Shown here one piece after another: positions 57,305-64,000 of a stretch of DNA of 64,000 nt. Both the position numbers and the translations under genes were made by a program. Source of the stretch: Spirochaetia bacterium (lineage in GTDB: Bacteria; Spirochaetota; Spirochaetia; SP-2023). Every line of letters starts with the position of its first letter. The stretch's first letter is position 1. Below the pieces are notes generated by a model. That model was given only the letters and a program-made list of their open reading frames with translations, ran no database searches and was not told the origin of the DNA. Where the stretch lies: contig OZ253665.1 in the NCBI GenBank assembly GCA_965263295.1, positions 1,984,001-2,048,000 on the forward strand, given 5' to 3'.

Positions 57305-59578
57305 TCAACCGAAATGCCGCAAGCCCAGGAAAGTGGGCAGAATCTCCGGCTGCTCACGCCCCGCTGGATACAACAGGTACACGGGCAAAGAAGCTCTTCC
57401 CAGTTGATTCAGTTCGCTTTCCAGCTGCGCGTTGGAGCTTGTCAGTTCAGCTTTTAGATACAGGATTTGGCGATTTTGCAGAAATTCGCGAAAACGTGAG
57501 GTATGTAACAGGCGCGCCTGGTTCAACCTGCAAGTGACACACCACGCCGCCGTATACTCAATAAAGATACCGTAACCCTGCTGACGCAGGTTCTTTAGCG
57601 CCTCTTTCTCCGCCGGCAGGCCGCTATAAGCTAAAAAACTCGGAGCTTCTATACCATCTGCACCTTCCGCAACATTAGCCTGAAAATCCAATACACTCAG
57701 AGTTTCCGCCTCTTCCTTGTCAGGGGTCATAGAAGGCTGCAAAACGGCTTGGACCTGCCATAACAAAAACAAAGAAAGGCTGGCACAAAACAGCGTCTGC
57801 AGAAACCAAGATGGGCTCCCCGCTCGTTTACCGCTTTGAGCTGAATGTGCTTGTCCCGAATCCTGCAAACGCTGGCTCAGCCACAACAACCAAGCCAACA
57901 GCAATAACGACTGCAGGGCACGCAAGGCATCCGCCGCGCCCAATAAGGCCTGCAGAACACCATAAAAGTAAAGTGCGGCGCCCAACATGACAAAACCCAG
58001 GACAGCCTCGACAAGGGGCATGCGCAGCTGCAGTGCCTGCAAAGCGGCTTGCAGGCGCTCCCCCCTCGGCCCCCCCAGGGGGGCCGAGGGCCTTAGGCCA
58101 GCTTCTGTTTTGCCCCAGCCTAACTGATTAAAACGAAATAGCCTTTTCCCCCGTCCCTGCCGATCAGATGAAGGCTCTTCAGAATCTCTTCGTCCCGACT
58201 GTGTCGCAGATGAGTCTAGCCGAACCTTATCGGGACGCAGAAACAATGCGGCGAGGACGGCATACGGCAGCCACAATCCCAAACCGATGACAAACAAGCC
58301 AAGCAGAGCCAAGGCCAGGGAGTCCTGCAGCAAATAGAGCCCTAATATAGGTCCCAAAAGAGGGGCGGAACACGGCGTTCCCAAGACCACAATCAAAGCT
58401 CCGTGGCCGACGTCGTAAGCCAATTCATGCAAATTTCCCAAAGAACTACGGGTGGAAAGCCTGCCAAGAATTTTCGACAGGAATTGCGGCGTACGAAACG
58501 AAAAGAGCCCCAACAAGCTCAAACCCATCGTGAAGAGCAGGAGTAAAACGCCGTAGACCAGTAGCGGCTGCTGCAGTTGGAAGCCCCACAACAGGCCGCG
58601 CTTGCCCTGCCACAGCGCAAATAGTATCAGCCCCAGGATGCCAAAACTCAGCTCAATGCCCAATAAAGTATACAGAGGACTGCGCCATACCGCGATCTGG
58701 CGCCCGTGCTCTGCCTCGGATGGCAAAGACTGAACCAATAAGTTCAGCAGCTTCTGCAACTTTAAGGAAAAAATCGGAAAAATACAGGGCATCAGGTTCA
58801 AAATGATTCCGCCCAACAGGCTCAGCAACAGCACCCCCAACCAGTACAAGAATGACAATTTTTCAGTTGCAGCCTGAGCCTCTGTCCCTGCGCTTCCCGG
58901 CCAGTCCTGCGGCAGGGACAATGAAGAGACCAAAGTCTGGGGAAAGAAGCAGTTACCCCGTTCATTGCAGAGCTGGTATCGCAAACTCAATGTCAACTCC
59001 GAGCCGGCCGCCAGTGCAGGGCTTGCCGAGAAGGCTTGTCTGAGCTCAACGCTATCCGTGTAGTAAGATATCCCCTGGGCCTCGCCAGAAGGAGCCGGCA
59101 TCAGCTCCGAATCCAAAGGTTCCAAAAGCCCCTTGCCCTCGTCCGGGACCTGCACAGCAATTTGCAACAGCTCGCGGTTCAAATGGTAGGCGGGGGGAAT
59201 GACAATCTTCGTGACTAAATAAAACTGGCTGGAGTCTCGATCTGCAGGCGGACCGGCGGACTGCCATACAAAAGAAACCTTGGCAATTTTTGGAATTTTG
59301 GGAACTTCGGGAAGCGCTAGCCCCGCCCAGTCCCGTTTAACCGGCGCGGGAGAATTGCGGGGATCCCCATCGCCAGAGCTGACGGACGGGGAGAACAAGC
59401 CTTCAGCTTGAGTTTCAGCTTGAGTTTCAATTGAGAGTTCGACTTGGGGTTTATTAATTGGGGATTTAGCTTCGCCTGTAGATCGGGCATCCTGAGCCCA
59501 GAGCAGAGCTTTGCTCGCCGATACCGACATGCAAAGCAGGAAGCCCAAAAGTAAGACAGTTTTCGTTCGCGCAGGCAA
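57305..59578 (-). CDS. dsbD: DsbD-family thiol:disulfide interchange protein
   Basis: N-domain YQLCNERGNCF, TM NLMPCIFP and TPCSAP, thioredoxin AAWCVTC. Confidence 0.88.
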   Translation of the reverse strand: MPARTKTVLLLGFLLCMSVSASKALLWAQDARSTGEAKSPINKPQVELSIETQAETQAEGLFSPSVSSGDGDPRNSPAPVKRDWAGLALPEVPKIPKIAKVSFVWQSAGPPADRDSSQFYLVTKIVIPPAYHLNRELLQIAVQVPDEGKGLLEPLDSELMPAPSGEAQGISYYTDSVELRQAFSASPALAAGSELTLSLRYQLCNERGNCFFPQTLVSSLSLPQDWPGSAGTEAQAATEKLSFLYWLGVLLLSLLGGIILNLMPCIFPIFSLKLQKLLNLLVQSLPSEAEHGRQIAVWRSPLYTLLGIELSFGILGLILFALWQGKRGLLWGFQLQQPLLVYGVLLLLFTMGLSLLGLFSFRTPQFLSKILGRLSTRSSLGNLHELAYDVGHGALIVVLGTPCSAPLLGPILGLYLLQDSLALALLGLFVIGLGLWLPYAVLAALFLRPDKVRLDSSATQSGRRDSEEPSSDRQGRGKRLFRFNQLGWGKTEAGLRPSAPLGGPRGERLQAALQALQLRMPLVEAVLGFVMLGAALYFYGVLQALLGAADALRALQSLLLLAWLLWLSQRLQDSGQAHSAQSGKRAGSPSWFLQTLFCASLSLFLLWQVQAVLQPSMTPDKEEAETLSVLDFQANVAEGADGIEAPSFLAYSGLPAEKEALKNLRQQGYGIFIEYTAAWCVTCRLNQARLLHTSRFREFLQNRQILYLKAELTSSNAQLESELNQLGRASLPVYLLYPAGREQPEILPTFLGLRHFG

Positions 59579-59592
59579 TTTCGACCACCAGC

Positions 59593-60348
59593 TCAGCGAT
59601 AAACTACGCTATAACGTTTTTCCTGCTTCAACAGGGCAAAATCCAAGAGCCGCAAGCGAAACTCCACCGTATTGGCACTCTGCTTCCTTCCACCCGTTTG
59701 CGAGATCACTTTGCCGGGCACCTGAACAGAAATGACGGCCTCAGACTTTGGCAAATCGCGCCGGGCCTCGGAGCCAAAACTGTATTCAATCATATCCATA
59801 TAGTCACTGCGCTTCATGTCTTGAGTTCCTGCCGGGCCATAGAGCTGCAACAAAGCGTTGTCGCGCACAGCTGGGAAACGCCGCTCCAAAGCCTGATAAG
59901 TCTGGCGGTTGATGGTAATCGACAAGCGGGTATTACCACTCGGATCTTTGCTCCACGCAAAGAAATCATTGTCACTGATGTTCCCTGCAAAGTTCTCAAA
60001 ATGAAAGGCGATGTTGTACTTCCCCTTAGTCGTTGACTCGACACGGACATTGCTGACGTTTTTTGTGCGCTTCAATTCCTTGGCTATGTGCTCAGGCTCC
60101 AGCAGTTCTTCTCCCGCAGGAATACTCGCAGCCATAATGTCAATGCTGTCGAGCATATACGAAGGCAACTCCAGACTCAGAGCCATACTGCCGCGCCCCT
60201 CAGCTTCCAGGACAATCTTATTTTGCACGCTGCAAGAGAACAGCCCCCACAAGGCCACAGTTCCAATAACTAGCGGCAGATTGCGCTGCCATTTTGTAAA
60301 TCGTTGCACAAAAATACTCCTTACAATATCACTGTTAATGGGCATCAA
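59593..60348 (-). CDS. Hypothetical lipoprotein
   Basis: Lipobox LFSC after a hydrophobic stretch. Confidence 0.7.
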   Translation of the reverse strand: MMPINSDIVRSIFVQRFTKWQRNLPLVIGTVALWGLFSCSVQNKIVLEAEGRGSMALSLELPSYMLDSIDIMAASIPAGEELLEPEHIAKELKRTKNVSNVRVESTTKGKYNIAFHFENFAGNISDNDFFAWSKDPSGNTRLSITINRQTYQALERRFPAVRDNALLQLYGPAGTQDMKRSDYMDMIEYSFGSEARRDLPKSEAVISVQVPGKVISQTGGRKQSANTVEFRLRLLDFALLKQEKRYSVVYR

Positions 60349-60486
60349 AAGCGGCCATCAAGCGCCACCTGCCAGAACCAATCTTTTATTCTATCAGTCA
60401 ATATCGGGCACATATTTTAAGTGAAATTTTCAAATAATACATTAACATAAGTGTGATTTTTTATAATATTTCATTGGGGACAGCAT

Positions 60487-63400
60487 CTATAAATACTTGG
60501 TAGACCATTGCCGCAGTAGTTCCAGAGCCTTTTCGGCGTTTAATTGCTCCAGACCTGGGTCTTTGTCCTTCAAAGCCTGCAGCTCATTGAGCAACAAATC
60601 GGCCTCGCTAAAGAGCAGCCTGGCTTCGCGTGCCCTGTGCGAACGCTTGCCCTTTTCTGACGGCAAGCTCTCTTCGGCAGTACAAGCCTTCTCAAGTTCC
60701 TGAAATTGCTCTATATCTGGAGCGCCCCCCCCGCCCAGCTCCTGCTGCAAGTCGACGATTGCGTTCACCAGCATGGAAAACAGCCTGCCTTCCGACTCCT
60801 CTGCGACAGCGCGGGGAGCAGTCCGACCCTTGCCTTCTGTGACGGCTTCCCGCAATAATCTGTTGCACAGCTCGTAAAGTTCTTGGGCCCGGCTCTGCCC
60901 ACAGTCGCGACGAGCTCTATCCAGGCGTTGGGGAAACGGAGTGATATCGCCGATATCAATCGGTTGATTACGATCGTTTGACGGCCAAACTTGCTGCTGC
61001 AGAATTTCCTGAGCGCGCGCGGTAACTTCGGCGGGGATGCCGGCAAGGGATGCCACATGCACACCATAAGAACTGGCAATAGCCCCTTCTTGAACGTGTT
61101 TCAGGAAGCGAATTTTTTCGCCACTCTCATCTACAGCTAAACATAGCAACTTCAAATGACTCTCGCATAGCGTTGTCAGCTCGTGGTAATGGGTGGCAAA
61201 TAGTGTCAGGCACTTAAGCTTATGTAAAATGAACTCGCAAATGCTCTGGGCGATAGCCAGGCCATCGCGGGTACTCGTGCCGCGCCCCACTTCATCCATA
61301 ATCACCAAACTCTGGCGGCTGGCCTCGTTGAGGATGCGTGCGGCCTCCTGCATCTCAACCATAAAGGTCGACTCGCCGCGCGAAAGGTTATCCGATGCCC
61401 CGACACGACAAAAAATACGGTCGACAATAGGTAAGCGTGCCCGCTTGGCCGGCACATAACAGCCTATCTGGGCCAACAAAACAATCAGGGCGTTCTGCCG
61501 CAGATAGGTTGACTTACCGGCCATGTTAGGGCCAGTAATGAGAGCGAAGAAACGTTCCTCATCCAGCTCCAAATCGTTTGGAACAAAGTTTTCATCGCGC
61601 AGATATTGCTCCACCACCGGGTGACGCGCGCCCTTTATCGAAATTAATGAGTCCTGTTCCAGCAATTCGGGGCGAACATAGTTGTGGCGCTGGGCCAGCT
61701 CGGCAAAGTTAGCTAACACGTCCAGCTCGGCCAGAGCTTGGGCCAGCTGCAGCACCAGCGGTGCATAAGGCTGCAGTTGCTGGCGCAGTTCTTCAAAGAG
61801 CTGGCGCTCCAACTGCACAATTTGCCCATCGGCACTGCTGAGCTTTGCCTCCAGCTCGGCCAACTCTTCAGTGCTGTAACGCTCGCCGCCGACCAAAGAC
61901 TGCCGCCGGATAAAGTGCTCAGGTAATTTGGCCTGGGCCGCTTGGTTTTTAGTTATTTCAAAATAGTATCCAATGATTTTATTGTATTTTAACTTCAGCT
62001 TGCTCAGACCGGTCAAACTTTGTTCCCTGGCGACATAAGCATCGAGAATCTGACGGCGATCACTGAGCATGCGGCGCAATTCATCCAGCTCCTCCGAGTA
62101 ACCCGCGGCAATCATACCTCCTTCATGCAGGACGACAGGCGGATTCTCGGCCACACTGTGCAGCAGGAGTTTACGTAGTTCCCCTAATTTCTGGCGCCCT
62201 CTACTCTCTGTATCTGCCGCGGCCTCTCGCTCCATCACATTTCGGCCGGCTGGCGCCATTGGCTCGCTCAGCAACTGCCGCTCTGACTGGCGACTGGAGC
62301 AGGGATTTCCTTCGTCGCCTAGGGACTTGTCCAGCCCCCAAAACAAATCGCACAGGCGGTGCGCATTCTTGCTTTGGCGCAGTTTATCGTACATGGCCTC
62401 ATAAATGCCAATAGACTGACGTAGAGCCACTAAATCACGCGCATTTGCCTTAGCCGTAACAATACGGCTCATCACCCGCTCCAAGTCACAGAGCTGCGCC
62501 AAGTCCTCGCGCAGATTGCCACACAACAGAGAATCATCCAGGAGGGCAGCGACTCGCTCATAGCGCTGTTCCAACAAATCCCGCTGCAACAGAGGGCCGC
62601 GCAGCCAGCGGTGCAGGCAGCGCGAGCCCATCGCACTCTGACAATGGTGCAAGACCTGAAACAGGGTATAATCGCGCGCCCCGCTCTGGATGTTTTGAAA
62701 GACCTCCAGATTGCGTAAAGCGGCGGAATCGAGCTGCAGCTCCTCCTTGCGGCGCAACGGCAAGAGCCGCTGAACATGGGCCAGGACTCCGGCCTGCAGC
62801 TGGTTCTGCTGCAAATACTCAACCAGCACCCAGGCGGCTCCCAAGGCGGCGCCACTATCAATATCAGCCGGGTTCAGCTCATCAAAGCCAAAGCCCTTCA
62901 AACTCTGCACTCCAAAAAACTCAGTCAGCTTGCGCTCGGCGCTTTCTGGCGCGAAGCACCAGGCCGGAATGCGATTGCAAAGACGCCCTTCGTCCGCCCC
63001 CTGGCGCCAAAATTCGCTACTGAACTCATCGTGCAACTCTTCCATCAACAACAGCTCGCGCGAGGAGGCCAACAATAACTCGCGCTGCAGCACTTCGGCG
63101 CGCAACTTGTCGCTGGGAGCCATAAAACTGCCGGCCACGAACTCCCCCGTCGAAAAGTCAAGCATGGCCATCCCAAGGAATTGTCCCAGGCGGCAAAACG
63201 CCTGCAGGTAATTGTTCGAGCTGCGATCCAAGTAATTATCCTGCAACACGGTACCGGGCGAGACGATTTCGACCACCTCGCGTTTACTAATGCCGCGTCC
63301 AGATTTTTTTGGCAGCTCGGTCTGCTCACAGATGGCTACGCGCTTGCCGAGCTGCAGCAGGCGCCTTACGTAGTTATGCACGGCATGGTAGGGGATACCG

Positions 63401-63576
63401 GCCATCGCCAGGCCCTGACGCTTAGTCAGTGTCAAGTTCAAGAGACGACTGACTTCTTTGGCGTCATCGCAGAACATTTCGTAGAAGTCGCCCATGCGGA
63501 AAAACAGCACTGAATCTTTATGTTTTTCTTTTATTTCTTTGTATTGCCGCATCATGGGGGTATCATCGCCAGCCAT
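60487..63576 (-). CDS. mutS: DNA mismatch repair protein MutS
   Basis: TPMMRQY, FFRMGDFYEMF, GPNMAGKST, GESTFMVEM, DEVGRGT, FATHYHEL. Confidence 0.97.
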   Translation of the reverse strand: MAGDDTPMMRQYKEIKEKHKDSVLFFRMGDFYEMFCDDAKEVSRLLNLTLTKRQGLAMAGIPYHAVHNYVRRLLQLGKRVAICEQTELPKKSGRGISKREVVEIVSPGTVLQDNYLDRSSNNYLQAFCRLGQFLGMAMLDFSTGEFVAGSFMAPSDKLRAEVLQRELLLASSRELLLMEELHDEFSSEFWRQGADEGRLCNRIPAWCFAPESAERKLTEFFGVQSLKGFGFDELNPADIDSGAALGAAWVLVEYLQQNQLQAGVLAHVQRLLPLRRKEELQLDSAALRNLEVFQNIQSGARDYTLFQVLHHCQSAMGSRCLHRWLRGPLLQRDLLEQRYERVAALLDDSLLCGNLREDLAQLCDLERVMSRIVTAKANARDLVALRQSIGIYEAMYDKLRQSKNAHRLCDLFWGLDKSLGDEGNPCSSRQSERQLLSEPMAPAGRNVMEREAAADTESRGRQKLGELRKLLLHSVAENPPVVLHEGGMIAAGYSEELDELRRMLSDRRQILDAYVAREQSLTGLSKLKLKYNKIIGYYFEITKNQAAQAKLPEHFIRRQSLVGGERYSTEELAELEAKLSSADGQIVQLERQLFEELRQQLQPYAPLVLQLAQALAELDVLANFAELAQRHNYVRPELLEQDSLISIKGARHPVVEQYLRDENFVPNDLELDEERFFALITGPNMAGKSTYLRQNALIVLLAQIGCYVPAKRARLPIVDRIFCRVGASDNLSRGESTFMVEMQEAARILNEASRQSLVIMDEVGRGTSTRDGLAIAQSICEFILHKLKCLTLFATHYHELTTLCESHLKLLCLAVDESGEKIRFLKHVQEGAIASSYGVHVASLAGIPAEVTARAQEILQQQVWPSNDRNQPIDIGDITPFPQRLDRARRDCGQSRAQELYELCNRLLREAVTEGKGRTAPRAVAEESEGRLFSMLVNAIVDLQQELGGGGAPDIEQFQELEKACTAEESLPSEKGKRSHRAREARLLFSEADLLLNELQALKDKDPGLEQLNAEKALELLRQWSTKYL

Positions 63577-63677
63577 TCCGCTACACTCCCTCCCCTAGCT
63601 TACGCCAGACTAAATATCGCGGGCGTGCCAGGCATTTGCAAAGACATTTTCAGCTGCAACGCCAGCACGAGCGGCCA

Positions 63678-64000
63678 TTAAGCATCGACATCGTCCCAAT
63701 ATCCTAGCCGTTGGACTTCAGGCTCCAGTTCAAAACCACAACGACGGCGTACCTCGCTCCTGATCCGGCAGGCCAAGGCCCAGATCTCGCCGCTGCTAGC
63801 ACTTCCGCTATTGACGATAATATTGCCGTGCCAAGGTGCCAGCTGAGCGCCCCCGACCCGTAGGCCCTTTAAGCCCAGACTGTCGATGATCTGGCCTGTA
63901 GGAGCGCCAAAGGCGCGGTTATTTTTAAAGAACGACCCGCCGCAAGGCAAGCGGAAATGCCCCTTGACAATACGGTCCTCAAGGAAACTCTGCATTTCTC
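63678..64000 (-). CDS. murB: UDP-N-acetylmuramate dehydrogenase, C-terminal part (runs off the window)
   Basis: PCGGSFFKN, GLKG..VGGA, HGNIIVN, LEPEV. Confidence 0.92.
   Translation of the reverse strand, partial: EMQSFLEDRIVKGHFRLPCGGSFFKNNRAFGAPTGQIIDSLGLKGLRVGGAQLAPWHGNIIVNSGSASSGEIWALACRIRSEVRRRCGFELEPEVQRLGYWDDVDA

Overview
Chromosomal, mostly housekeeping window from a bacterium that looks like a spirochaete, judged from the gene orders rplU-prp-rpmA-obgE-nadD-yqeK-LCP-rsfS and fliL-fliM-fliY-fliO-fliP-fliQ-fliR-flhB-flhA-flhF-flhG. It covers the replication-origin neighbourhood: dnaA-dnaN, two consensus parS sites and tRNA-Thr(CGT). Other content: a split class III ribonucleotide reductase whose glycyl-radical peptide is a separate 57-aa gene missed by the ORF track; an IclR-linked sugar ABC/SDR/flavoprotein operon; a ~630-bp non-coding element of inverted 10-bp-periodic repeats; a large Ig-like repeat lipoprotein; a DUF1007/Ni-Co transporter pair; radA, holA, ptsH, hpf, rpoN, rsmE, serC, tatD; an IS5 remnant; a doubly broken 2-hydroxycarboxylate transporter; dsbD, mutS and partial murB. 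Strongest leads: (1) a Prp protease with its His/Cys residues intact, although L27 lacks the cleavable extension, while FlhB carries a Prp-like HLRWF|A site, suggesting Prp matures FlhB; (2) the repeat element at 16.6-17.2 kb, which coincides with an apparent GC-skew flip; (3) the split NrdD. All family calls come from motif recognition, not database searches.
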